Positions 15,001-28,859 of a stretch of DNA of 64,000 bases are shown in pieces. Each line of letters opens with the position of its first letter. Position 1 is the stretch's first letter. The position numbers were made by a program, and so were the translations under genes. The notes under the pieces are model-generated. The model saw only the letters and a program-made list of their open reading frames with translations. It was not told the DNA's origin and did no database searches. Source of the stretch: Eledone cirrhosa (taxonomy: Eukaryota); the NCBI GenBank assembly GCA_964016885.1, contig OZ024740.1, forward strand, positions 396,800,001 to 396,864,000, read 5' to 3'.

Positions 15001-18000
15001 GCCAGTAATGAAAGTGGAGTGGTGGTGTCAGATAATAGTATATAGCCAGTAATGAAAGTGGGGTGGTGGTGTCAGATAATAGTATATAGCCAGTAATGAA
15101 AGTGGAGTGGTGGTGTCAGATAATAGTATATAGCCAGTAATGAAAGTGGAGTGGTGGTGTCAGATAATAGTATATAGCCAGTAATGAAAGTGGGGTGGTG
15201 GTGTCAGATAATAGTATATTGCCAGTAATGAAAGTGGAGTGGTGGTGTCAGATAATAGTATATAGCCAGTGAAAGTGGAGTGGTGGTACCAGATAATAGT
15301 ATATAGCCAGTAATGAAAGTGGAGTGGTGGTGTCAGATAATAGTATGTAGCCAGTAACGAAAGTGGAGTGGTGGTGTCAGATAATCGTATATAGCCATTA
15401 ATGAAAGTGGAGTGGTGGTGTCAGATAATAGTATATAGCCAGTAATGAAAGTGGGGTGGTGGTGTCAGATAATAGTATATAGCCAGTAATGAAAGTGGAG
15501 TGGTGGTGTCAGATAATAGTATATAGCCAGTAATGAAATTGGGGTGGTGGTCTCAGATAATACTATATAGCCAGTAATGAAAGTGGAGTGGTGGTACCAG
15601 ATAATAGTATATAGCCAGTAATGAAAGTGGAGTGGTGGTGTCAGATAATAGTATATAGCCAGTAATGAAAGTGGAGTGGTGGTGTCAGATAATAGTATAT
15701 AGACTGTAATGAAAGTGAAGTAGTGGTGTCAGATAATAGTATATAGCCAGTAATGAAAGTGGAGTGGTGGTGTCAGATAATAGTATATAGCCAGTGAAAG
15801 TGGAGTGGTGGTACCAGATAATAGTATATAGCCAGTAATGAAAGTGGAGTGGTGGTGTCAGATAATAGTATATAACCAGTAATGAAAGTGGAGTGGTGGT
15901 GTCAGATAATAGTATATAGCCAGTAATGAAAGTGGAGTGGTGGTGTCAGATAATAATATATAGCCAGTAATGAAAGTGGAGTGGTGGGGTCAGATAATAA
16001 TATATAGCCAGTAATGAAAGTGGAGTGGTGGTGTCAGATAATAGTATATAGCCAGTAATGAAAGTGGAGTGGTGGTGTCAGATAATAGTATATAGCCAGT
16101 AATGAAAGTGGAGTGGTGGTGTCATATAATAGTATATAGCCAGTAATGAAAGTGGGGTGGTGGTGTCAGATAATAGTATATAGCCAGTAATGAAAGTGGG
16201 GTGGTGGTGTCAGATAATAGTATATAGCCAGTAATGAAAGTGGGGTGGTGGTGTCAGATAATAGTATATAGCCAGTAATGAAAGTGGAGTGGTGGTGTCA
16301 GATAATAGTATATAGCCAGTAATGAACGTGGAGTGGTGGTGTCAGATAATAGTATATAGCCAGTAATGAAAGTGGAGTGGTGGTGTCAGATAATAGTATA
16401 TAGCCAGTAATGAAAGTGGAGTGGTGGTGTCAGATAATAGTATATAGCCAGTAATGAAAGTGGGGTGGTGGTGTCAGATAATAGTATATAGCCAGTAATG
16501 AAAGTGGGGTGGTGGTGTCAGATAATAGTATATAGCCAGTAATGAAAGTGGGGTGGTGGTGTCAGATAATAGTATATAGCCAGTAATGAAAGTGGAGTGG
16601 TGGTGTCAGATAATAGTATATAGCCAGTAATGAAAGTGGAGTGGTGGTGTCAGATAATAGTATATAGCCAGTAATGAAAGTGGAGTGGTGGTGTCATATA
16701 ATAGTATATAGCCAGTAATGAAAGTGGGGTGGTGGTGTCAGATAATAGTATATAGCCAGTAATGAAAGTGGAGTGGTGGTGTCAGATAATACTATATAGC
16801 CAGTAATGAAAGTGGGGTGGTGGTGTTAGATAATAGTATATAGCCAGTAATGAAAGTGGAGTGGTGGTGTCAGATAATAGTATATAGCCAGTAATGAAAG
16901 TGGAGTGGTGGTGTCATATAATAGTATATAGCCAGTAATGAAAGTGGGGTGGTGGTGTCAGATAATAGTATATAGCCAGTAATGAAAGTGGAGTGGTGGT
17001 GTCAGATAATAGTATATAGCCAGTAATGAAAGTGGGGTGGTGGTGTTAGATAATAGTATATAGCCAGTAATGAAAGTGGAGTGGTGGTGTCAGATAATAG
17101 TATATAGCCAGTAATGAAAGTGGGGTGGTGGTGTTAGATAATAGTATATAGCCAGTAATGAAAGTGAGGTGGTGGTGTCAGATAATAGTATATAGCCAGT
17201 AATGAAAGTGGAGTGGTGGTGTCAGATAATAGTATATAGCCAGTAATGAAATTGGGGTGGTGGTCTCAGATAATACTATATAGCCAGTAATGAAAGTGGA
17301 GTGGTGGTACCAGATAATAGTATATAGCCAGTAATGAAAGTGGAGTGGTGGTGTCAGATAATAGTATATAGCCAGTAATGAAAGTGGAGTGGTGGTGTCA
17401 GATAATAGTATATAGACTGTAATGAAAGTGAAGTAGTGGTGTCAGATAATAGTATATAGCCAGTAATGAAAGTGGAGTGGTGGTGTCAGATAATAGTATA
17501 TAGCCAGTAATGAAAGTGGAGTGGTGGTACCAGATAATAGTATATAGCCAGTAATGAAAGTGGAGTGGTGGTGTCAGATAATAGTATATAACCAGTAATG
17601 AAAGTGGAGTGGTGGTGTCAGATAATAGTATATAACCAGTAATGAAAGTGGAGTGGTGGTGTCAGATAATAGTATATAGCCAGTGAAAGTGGAGTGGTGG
17701 TACCAGATAATAGTATATAGCCAGTAATGAAAGTGGAGTGGTGGTGTCAGATAATAGTATATAACCAGTAATGAAAGTGGAGTGGTGGTGTCAGATAATA
17801 GTATATAGCCAGTAATGAAAGTGGAGTGGTGGTGTCAGATAATAATATATAGCCAGTAATGAAAGTGGAGTGGTGGGGTCAGATAATAATATATAGCCAG
17901 TAATGAAAGTGGAGTGGTGGTGTCAGATAATAGTATATAGCCAGTAATGAAAGTGGAGTGGTGGTGTCAGATAATAGTATATAGCCAGTAATGAAAGTGG

Positions 18001-21000
18001 AGTGGTGGTGTCATATAATAGTATATAGCCAGTAATGAAAGTGGGGTGGTGGTGTCAGATAATAGTATATAGCCAGTAATGAAAGTGGGGTGGTGGTGTC
18101 AGATAATAGTATATAGCCAGTAATGAAAGTGGGGTGGTGGTGTCAGATAATAGTATATAGCCAGTAATGAAAGTGGAGTGGTGGTGTCAGATAATAGTAT
18201 ATAGCCAGTAATGAAAGTGGAGTGGTGGTGTCAGATAATAGTATATAGCCAGTAATGAAAGTGGAGTGGTGGTGTCAGATAATAGTATATAGCCAGTAAT
18301 GAAAGTGGAGTGGTGGTGTCAGATAATAGTATATAGCCAGTAATGAAAGTGGGGTGGTGGTGTCAGATAATAGTATATAGCCAGTAATGAAAGTGGGGTG
18401 GTGGTGTCAGATAATAGTATATAGCCAGTAATGAAAGTGGGGTGGTGGTGTCAGATAATAGTATATAGCCAGTAATGAAAGTGGAGTGGTGGTGTCAGAT
18501 AATAGTATATAGCCAGTAATGAAAGTGGAGTGGTGGTGTCAGATAATAGTATATAGCCAGTAATGAAAGTGGAGTGGTGGTGTCATATAATAGTATATAG
18601 CCAGTAATGAAAGTGGGGTGGTGGTGTCAGATAATAGTATATAGCCAGTAATGAAAGTGGAGTGGTGGTGTCAGATAATAGTATATAGCCAGTAATGAAA
18701 GTGGGGTGGTGGTGTTAGATAATAGTATATAGCCAGTAATGAAAGTGGAGTGGTGGTGTCAGATAATAGTATATAGCCAGTAATGAAAGTGGAGTGGTGG
18801 TGTCATATAATAGTATATAGCCAGTAATGAAAGTGGGGTGGTGGTGTCAGATAATAGTATATAGCCAGTAATGAAAGTGGAGTGGTGGTGTCAGATAATA
18901 GTATATAGCCAGTAATGAAAGTGGGGTGGTGGTGTTAGATAATAGTATATAGCCAGTAATGAAAGTGGAGTGGTGGTGTCAGATAATAGTATATAGCCAG
19001 TAATGAAAGTGGGGTGGTGGTGTTAGATAATAGTATATAGCCAGTAATGAAAGTGAGGTGGTGGTGTCAGATAATAGTATATAGCCAGTAATGAAAGTGG
19101 AGTGGTGGTGTCAGATAATAGTATATAGCCAGTTATGAAAGTGGGGTGGTGGTGTCAGATAATAGTATATAGCCAGTAATGAAAGTGGGGTGGTGGTGTC
19201 AGATAATAGTATATAGCCAGTAATGAAAGTGGGGTGGTGGTGTCAGATAATAGTATATAGCTAGTGAAAGTGGAGTGGTGGTGTCAGATAATAGTATATA
19301 GCCAGTGAAAGTGGAGTGGTGGTACCAGATAATAGTATATAGCCAGTAATGAAAGTGGAGTGGTGGTGTCAGATAATAGTATATAGCCAGTGAAAGTGGA
19401 GTGGTGGTGTCAGATAATAGAATATAGCCAGTAATGAAAGTGAGGTGGTGGTGTCAGGTAATAGTATATGGCCAGTAATGAAAGTGGGGTGGTGGTGTCA
19501 GATAATAGTATATAGCCAGTGAAAGTGGAGTGGTGTTGTCAGATAATAGTATATAGCCAGTGAAAGTGGAGTGGTAGTACCAGATAATAGTATATAGCCA
19601 GTAATGAAAGTGGAGTGGTGGTGTCAGATAATAGTATATAGCCAGTAATGAATGTGGAGTGGTGGTGTCAGATAATATTATATAGCCAGTAATGAAAGTG
19701 GAGTCGTGGTGTCAGATAATAGTATATAGCCAGTAACGAAAGTGGGGTGGTGGTGTCAGATAATAGTATATAGCCAGTAATGAAAGTGGGGTGGTGGTGT
19801 CAGATAATAGTATATAGCCAGTAATGAAAGTGGAGTGGTGGTGTCAGATAATAGTATATAGCCAGTAATGAAAGTGGAGTGGTGGTGTCAGATAATAGTA
19901 TATTGCCAGTAATGAAGGTGGAGTGGTGGTGTCAGATAATAGTATATAGCCAGTGAAAGTGGAGTGGTGGTACCAGATAATAGTATATAGCCAGTAATGA
20001 AAGTGGAGTGGTGGTGTCAGATAATAGTATATAGCCAGTAATGAAAGTGGAGTGGTGGTGTCAGATAATACTATATAACCAGTAATGAAAGTGGAGTGGT
20101 GGTGTCAGATAATAGTATATAGCCAGTAATGAAAGTGGAGTGGTGGTGTCAGATAATAATATATAGCCAGTAATGAAAGTGGAGTGGTGGGGTCAGATAA
20201 TAATATATAGCCAGTAATGAAAGTGGAGTGGTGGGGTCAGATAATAGTATATAGCCAGTAATGAAAGTGGAGTGGTGGTGTCAGATAATAGTATATAGCC
20301 AGTAATGAAAGTGGAGTGGTGGTGTCATATAATAGTATATAGCCAGTAATGAAAGTGGGGTGGTGGTGTCAGATAATAGTATATAGCCAGTAATGAAAGT
20401 GGAGTGGTGGTGTCAGATAATAGTATATAGCCAGTAATGAAAGTGGGGTGGTGGTGTCAGATAATAGTATATAGCCAGTAATGAAAGTGGGGTGGTGGTG
20501 TCAGATAATAGTATATAGCCAGCAATGAAAGTGGAGTGGTGGTGTCAGATAATAGTATATAGCCAGTAATGAAAGTGGGGTGGTGGTGTCAGATAATAGT
20601 ATATAGCCAGTAATGAAAGTGGGGTGGTGGTGTCAGATAATAGTATATAGCCAGTAATGAAAGTGGAGTGGTGGTGTCAGATAATAGTATATAGCCAGTA
20701 ATGAAAGTGGGGTGGTGGTGTCAGATAATAGTATATAGCCAGTAATGAAAGTGGAGTGGTGGTGTCAGATAATAGTATATAGCCAGTAATGAAAATGGGG
20801 GGGGGGGGGGTGTCAGATAATAGTATATAGCCAGTAATGAAAGTGGAGTGGTGGTGTCAGATAATAGTATATAGCCAGTGAAAGTAGAGTGGTGGTTTCA
20901 GATAATAGAATATAGCCAGTAATGAAAGTGAGGTGGTGGTGGTGTCAGATAATAGTATATGGCCAGTAATGAAAGTGGGGTGGTGGTGCCAGATAATAGT

Positions 21001-24000
21001 ATATAGCCAGTGAAAGTGGAGTGGTGTTGTCAGATAATAGTATATAGCCAGTGAAAATGGAGTGGTGGTACCAGATAATAGTATATAGCCAGTAATGAAA
21101 GTGGAGTGCGGGTGTCAGATAATAGTATATAGCCAATAATGAATGTGGAGTGGTGGTACCAGATAATAGTATATAGCTAGTAATGAAAGTGGAGTGGTGG
21201 TGTCAGATAATATTATATAGCCAGTAATGAAAGTGGAGTGGTGGTGTCAGATAATAGTATATAGCCAGTAACGAAAGTGGAGTGGTGGTGTCAGATAATA
21301 GTATATAGCCAGTAATGAAAGTGGGGTGGTGGTGTCAGATAATAGTATATAGCCAGTAATGAAAGTGGGGTGGTGGTGTCAGATAATAGTATATAGCCAG
21401 TAATGAAAGTGGAGTGGTGGTGTCAGATAATAGTATATTGCCAGTAATGAAAGTGGAGTGGTGGTGTCAGATAATAGTATATAGCCAGTGAAAGTGGAGT
21501 GGTGGTACCAGATAATAGTATATAGCCAGTAATGAAAGTGGAGTGGTGGTGTCAGATAATAGTATATAGCCAGTAATGAAAGTGGAGTGGTGGTGTCAGA
21601 TAATCGTATATAGCCATTAATGAAAGTGGAGTGGTGGTGTCAGATAATAGTATATAGCCAGTATTGAAAGTGGGGTGGTGGTGTCAGATAATAGTATATA
21701 GCCAGTAATGAAAGTGGAGTGGTGTTGTCAGATAATAGTATATAGCCAGTAATGAAATTGGGGTGGTGGTCTCAGATAATACTATATAGCCAGTAATGAA
21801 AGTGGAGTGGTCGTGTCAGATAATAGTATATAGCCAGTAATGAAATTGGGGTGGTGGTCTCAGATAATACTATATAGCCAGTAATGAAAGTGGAGTGGTG
21901 GTGTCAGATAATAGTATATAACCAGTAATGAAAGTGGAGTGGTGGTGTCAGATAATAGTATATAGCCAGTAATGAAAGTGGAGTGGTGGTGTCAGATAAT
22001 AATATATAGCTAGTAATGAAAGTGGAGTGGTGGGGTCAGATAATAATATATAGCCAGTAATGAAAGTGGAGTGGTGGTGTCAGATAATAGTATATAGCCA
22101 GTAATGAAAGTGGAGTGGTGGTGTCAGATAATAGTATATAGCCAGTAATGAAAGTGGGGTGGTGGTGTCAGATAATAGTATATAGCCAGTGAAAGTGGAG
22201 TGGTGGTGTCAGATAATAGTATATAGCCAGTAATGAAAGTGGAGTGGTGGTGTCAGATAATAGTATATAGCCAGTAATGAAAGTGGGGTGGTGGTGTCAG
22301 ATAATAGTATATAGCCAGTAATGAAGGTGGAGTGGTTGTGTCAGATAACACTATATAGCCAGTAATGAAAGTGGGGTGGTGGTGTCAGATAATAGTATAT
22401 AGCCAGTAATGAAAGTGGGGTGGTGGTGTCAGATAATAGTATATAGCCAGTAATGAAAGTGGGGTGGTGGTGTCAGATAATAGTATATAGCTAGTGAAAG
22501 TGGAGTGGTGGTACCAGATAATAGTATATAGCCAGTAATGAAAGTGGAGTGGTGGTACCAGATAATAGTATATAGCTAGTGAAAGTGGAGTGGTGGTGTC
22601 AGATAATAGTATATAGCCAGTAATGAAAGTGGGGTGGTGTTGTCAGATAATAGTATATAGCTAGTGAAAGTGGAGTGGTGGTACCAGATAATAGTATATA
22701 GCCAGTAATGAAAGTGGAGTGGTGGTACCAGATAATAGTATATAGCCAGTAATGAAAGTGGGGTGGTGGTGTCATATAATAGAATATAGCCAGTAATGAA
22801 AGTGGGGTGGTGGTGTCAGATAATAGTATATAGCCAGTAATGAAAGTGGGGTGGTGGTGTCAGATAATAGTATATAGCCAGTAAGGAAAGTGAGGTGGTG
22901 GTGTCAGATAATAGTATATAGCCAGTAATGAAAGTGGGGTGGTGGTGTCAGATAATAGTATATAGCCAGTAATGAAAGTGGAGTGGTGGTGTCAGATAAT
23001 AGTATATAGCCAGTAATGAAAGTGGGGTGGTGGTGTCAGATAATAGTATATAGCCAGTAATGAAAGTGGAGTAGTGGTGTCAGATAATAGTATATAGCCA
23101 GTAATGAAAGTGGGGGGGGGGGGTCAGATGATAGTATATAGCCAGTAATGAAAGTGGAGTAGTGGTGTCAGATAATAGTATATAGCCAGTGAAAGTAGAG
23201 TGGTGGTGTCAGATAATAGAATATAGCCAGTAATGAAAGTGAGGTGGTGGTGGTGTCAGATAATAGTATATGGCCAGTAATGAAAGTGGGGTGGTGGTGC
23301 CAGATAATAGTATATAGCCAGTGAAAGTGGAGTGGTGTTGTCAGATAATAGTATATAGCCAGTGAAAGTGGAGTGGTGGTACCAGATAATAGTATATAGC
23401 CAGTAATGAAAGTGGAGTGCGGGTGTCAGATAATAGTATATAGCCAATAATGAATGTGGAGTGGTGGTACCAGATAATAGTATATAGCTAGTAATGAAAG
23501 TGGAGTGGTGGTGTCAGATAATATTATATAGCCAGTAATGAAAGTGGAGTGGTGGTGTCAGATAATAGTATATAGCCAGTAATGAAAGTGGAGTGGTGGT
23601 GTCAGATAATAGTATATAGCCAGTAATGAAAGTGGGGTGGTGGTGTCAGATAATAGTATATAGCCAGTAATGAAAGTGGGGTGGTGGTGTCAGATAATAG
23701 TATATAGCCAGTAATGAAAGTGGTGTGGTGGTGTCAGATAATAGTATATTGCCAGTAATGAAAGTGGAGTGGTGGTGTCAGATAATAGTATATAGCCAGT
23801 GAAAGTGGAGTGGTGGTACCAGATAATAGTATATAGCCAGTAATGAAAGTGGAGTGGTGGTGTCAGATAATAGTATATAGCCAGTAATGAAAGTGGAGTG
23901 GTGGTGTCAGATAATCGTATATAGCCATTAATGAAAGTGGAGTGGTGGTGTCAGATAATAGTATATAGCCAGTAATGAAAGTGGGGTGGTGGTGTCAGAT

Positions 24001-27000
24001 AATAGTATATAGCCAGTAATGAAAGTGGAGTGGTGGTGTCAGATAATAGTATATAGCCAGTAATGAAATTGGGGTGGTGGTCTCAGATAATACTATATAG
24101 CCAGTAATGAAAGTGGAGTGGTGGTGTCAGATAATAGTATATAGCCAGTAATGAAAGTGGAGTGGTGGTGTCAGATAATCGTATATAGCCATTAATGAAA
24201 GTGGAGTGGTGGTGTCAGATAATAGTATATAGCCAGTAATGAAAGTGGGGTGGTGGTGTCAGATAATAGTATATAGCCAGTAATGAAAGTGGAGTGGTGG
24301 TGTCAGATAATAGTATATAGCCAGTAATGAAATTGGGGTGGTGGTCTCAGATAATACTATATAGCCAGTAATGAAAGTGGAGTGGTGGTGTCAGATAATA
24401 GTATATAGCCAGTAATGAAATTGGGGTGGTGGTCTCAGATAATACTATATAGCCAGTAATGAAAGTGGAGTGGTGGTGTCAGATAATAGTATATAACCAG
24501 TAATGAAAGTGGAGTGGTGGTGTCAGATAATAGTATATAGCCAGTAATGAAAGTGGAGTGGTGGTGTCAGATAATAATATATAGCCAGTAATGAAAGTGG
24601 AGTGGTGGGGTCAGATAATAATATATAGCCAGTAATGAAAGTGGAGTGGTGGTGTCAGATAATAGTATATAGCCAGTAATGAAAGTGGAGTGGTGGTGTC
24701 AGATAATAGTATATAGCCAGTAATGAAAGTGGAGTGGTGGTGTCATATAATAGTATATAGCCAGTAATGAAAGTGGGGTGGTGGTGTCAGATAATAGTAT
24801 ATAGCCAGTGAAAGTGGAGTGGTGGTGTCAGATAATAGTATATAGCCAGTAATGAAAGTGGAGTGGTGGTGTCAGATAATAGTATATAGCCAGTAATGAA
24901 AGTGGGGTGGTGGTGTCAGATAATAGTATATAGCCAGTAATGAAGGTGGAGTGGTTGTGTCAGATAATACTATATAGCCAGTAATGAAAGTGGGGTGGTG
25001 GTGTCAGATAATAGTATATAGCCAGTAATGAAAGTGGGGTGGTGCTGTCAGATAATAGTATATAGCTAGTGAAAGTGGAGTGGTGGTACCAGATAATAGT
25101 ATATAGCCAGTAATGAAAGTGGAGTGGTGGTACCAGATAATAGTATATAGCTAGTGAAAGTGGAGTGGTGGTGTCAGATAATAGTATATAGCCAGTAATG
25201 AAAGTGGGGTGGTGTTGTCAGATAATAGTATATAGCTAGTGAAAGTGGAGTGGTGGTACCAGATAATAGTATATAGCCAGTAATGAAAGTGGAGTGGTGG
25301 TACCAGATAATAGTATATAGCCAGTAATGAAAGTGGGGTGGTGGTGTCATATAATAGTATATAGCCAGTAATGAAAGTGGGGTGGTGGTGTCAGATAATA
25401 GTATATAGCCAGTAATGAAAGTGGGGTGGTGGTGTCAAATAATAGTATATAGCCAGTGAAAGTGGAGTGGTGGTGTCAGATAATAATATATAGCCAGTAA
25501 TGAAAGTGGGGTGGTGGTGTCAGATAATAGTATATAGCCAGTAAGGAAAGTGAGGTGGTGGTGTCAGATAATAGTATATAGCCAGTAATGAAAGTGGAGT
25601 GGTGGTGTCAGATAATAATATATAGCCAGTAATGAAAGTGGGGTGGTGGTGTCAGATAATAGTATATAGCCAGTAATGAAAGTGGGGGGGGGGGTGTCAG
25701 ATAATAGTATATAGCCAGTAATGAAAGTGGAGTGGTGGTGTCAGATAATAGTATATAGCCAGTAAGGAAAGTGAGGTGGTGGTGTCAGATAATAGTATAT
25801 AGCCAGTAATGAAAGTGGAGTGGTGGTGTCAGATAATAGTATATAGCCAGTAAGGAAAGTGAGGTGGTGGTGTCAGATAATATTATATAGCCAGTAATGA
25901 AAGTGGAGTGGTGGTACCAGATAATAGTATATAGCCAGTAATGAAAGTGGAGTGGTGGTGTCAGATAATAGTATATAGCCAGTGAAAGTGGAGTGGTGGT
26001 GTCAGATAATAGTATATAGCCAGTAATGAAAGTGGAGTGGTGGTGTCATATAATAGTATATAGCCAGTAATGAAAGTGGGGTGGTGGTGTCAGATAATAG
26101 TATATAGCCAGTAATGAAAGTGGAGTGGTGGTGTCAGATAATAGTATATAGCCAGTAATGAAAGTGGGGTGGTGGTGTCAGATAATAGTATATAGCCAGT
26201 GAAAGTGGAGTGGTGGTGTCAGATAATAGTATATAGCTAGTGAAAGTGGAGTGGTGGTGTCAGATAATAGTACATAGCCAGTGAAAGTGGAGTGGTGGTG
26301 TCAGATAATAGTATATAGCCAGTGAAAGTGGAGTGGTGGTACCAGATAATAGTATATAGCCAGTAATGAAAGTGGAGTGGTGGTGTCAGATAATAGTATA
26401 TAGCCAGTGAATGTGGAGTGGTGGTGTCAGATAATAGAATATAGCCAGTAATGAAAGTGAGGTGGTGGTGTCAGGTAATAGTATATGGCCAGTAATGAAA
26501 GTGGGGTGGTGGTGTCAGATAATAGTATATAGCCAGTGAAAGTGGAGTGGTGTTGTCAGATAATAGTATATAGCCAGTGAAAGTGGAGTGGTAGTACCAG
26601 ATAATAGTATATAGCCAGTAATGAAAGTGGAGTGCGGGTGTCAGATAATAGTATATAGCCAGTAATGAATGTGGAGTGGTGGTACCAGATAATAGTATAT
26701 AGCTAGTAATGAAAGTGGAGTGGTGGTGTCAGATAATATTATATAGCCAGTAATGAAAGTGGAGTGGTGGTGTCAGATAATAGTATATAGCCAGTAACGA
26801 AAGTGGGGTGGTGGTGTCAGATAATAGTATATAGCCAGTAATGAAAGTGGGGTGGTGGTGTCAGATAATAGTATATAGCCAGTAATGAAAGTGGAGTGGT
26901 GGTGTCAGATAATAGTATATAGCCAGTAATGAAAGTGGAGTGGTGGTGTCAGATAATAGTATATTGCCAGTAATGAAAGTGGAGTGGTGGTGTCAGATAA

Positions 27001-27840
27001 TAGTATATAGCCAGTGAAAGTGGAGTGGTGGTACCAGATAATAGCATATAGCCAGTAATGAAAGTGGAGTGGTGGTGTCAGATAATAGTATATAGCCAGT
27101 AATGAAAGTGGAGTGGTGGTGTCAGATAATCGTATATAGCCATTAATGAAAGTGGAGTGGTGGTGTCAGATAATAGTATATAGCCAGTAATGAAAGTGGG
27201 GTGGTGGTGTCAGATAATAGTATATAGCCAGTAATGAAAGTGGAGTGGTGGTGTCAGATAATAGTATATAGCCAGTAATGAAAGTGGAGTGGTGGTGTCA
27301 GATAATACTATATAACCAGTAATGAAAGTGGAGTGGTGGTGTCAGATAATAGTATATAGCCAGTAATGAAAGTGGAGTGGTGGTGTCAGATAATAATATA
27401 TAGCCAGTAATGAAAGTGGAGTGGTGGTGTCAGATAATAGTATATAGACTGTAATGAAAGTGAAGTGGTGGTACCAGATAATAGTATATAGCCAGTAATG
27501 AAATTGGGGTGGTGGTCTCAGATAATACTATATAGCTAGTAATGAAAGTGGAGTGGTGGTACCAGATAATAGTATATAGCCAGTAATGAAAGTGGAGTGG
27601 TGGTGTCAGATAATAGTATATAGCCAGTAATGAAAGTGGAGTGGTGGTGTCAGATAATACTATATAACCAGTAATGAAAGTGGAGTGGTGGTGTCAGATA
27701 ATAGTATATAGCCAGTAATGAAAGTGGAGTGGTGGTGTCAGATAATAATATATAGCCAGTAATGAAAGTGGAGTGGTGGTGTCAGATAATAGTATATAGC
27801 CAGTAATGAAAGTGGAGTGGTGGGTTCAGATAATAGTATA
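1..27840. repeat. 44-bp tandem satellite array, about 630-640 units, running off the left edge of the window
   Basis: Consensus GTAATGAAAGTGGAGTGGTGGTGTCAGATAATAGTATATAGCCA; unit 2 starts at 45. Common variants are a 41-bp unit (TAA lost), GGAG>GGGG and GTGTCA>GTACCA. Stops occur in all frames, so it is non-coding. The array ends abruptly at 27840. Confidence 0.99.
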
Positions 27841-28580
27841 ATATGATCAATGTTGACAATAAATCATCCACTAAGTAGGAATTTTTAGGGAAAAAAAAAA
27901 GAATTCCAAACTTTTTCCAATGTGCTACTTTTTGTGATTAATGGAGATTAGATCTAACAAATCAATAGGGAAGTTCTGATAGTGAGGTAAGCACACCCAG
28001 ACATTTATCATACATACACATAGATATTCATATACCTGAATCAATAACAATAGAATGGTCAATTACTTTAATTTAAAAAAATAAATTACTCCATGATTAT
28101 AATCTGAATAATATTAATAATATATAATGGTTTCTTGTATTAATAATAATAATAATAGTTGATCAAAATCCAATAGTTTTCCAATGAACACCTATTGTCC
28201 GTAAACACTTGTATCACTTTGTATTTCTGACAGTTTCCTTTATCTTTCCAATTGATTAAACCATATTCCAACAGAAGCAATCTCTCTAGAGTGTGTTTAG
28301 GTTATTTACTTCACACCACTGTGACAATGGTGGTGCTGTGCCTTCAGATTGAAGCTTTTGTGTAACATGTATAGGATAGATACATATACATTTGTAAAGA
28401 GTGAGCAGCTGAGGATTGCTGATGTAGTCTTTAGACTATTTGAGTTTTCAGTTTTTTCTTTCTTTATTACTTGTCTCACTACCTCTTTGATTTTCTACCT
28501 CTTTTTCTACCTCTTTGATTTTCAACTGTAAGGAGTACTCGATACTTCCCCTAATCTGTCAGGTCTTACTAGCTCTATAC

Positions 28581-28859
28581 CAGTGTTTTCCAACGTGGGT
28601 GCTGTTGTGTCGAAAGGGGACACTGGGAGTTTTTCTTTAATCGGGGGGGGGGGGGGGGGTGAATATACTCAGGTGGGCGGTAGGCATTTATCCATTTTTT
28701 TCTTTCAAATTTTCAAAAATTTAAAAAACATTTTTTCCACTTTAGCGACACCAGTGTCACTAAAGTGGAAAAAGTGTTTCTTAAATTTGACAGGGGGGTG
28801 TTGACCAAAATGTTTGCACCCAAAGGGGGTGCTGGCTGGAAAAAGGTTGGGAAACCCTG
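28581..28859. mobile_element. Non-autonomous hAT-type MITE, 279 bp
   Basis: Left end CAGTGTTTTCCAAC versus reverse complement of right end CAGGGTTTCCCAAC (12/14). Perfect 8-bp TSD CTCTATAC at 28573-28580 and 28860-28867; 8-bp TSDs are typical of hAT. Confidence 0.9.

Noticed and set aside
1-27840. Satellite as a CRISPR array or repeat-protein gene (ORFs 2639-2971, 20945-21136, 23256-23447)
   Set aside because: There are no unique spacers and no cas genes. The ORFs arise where variants happen to remove the recurring stop, and 44 is not a multiple of 3.
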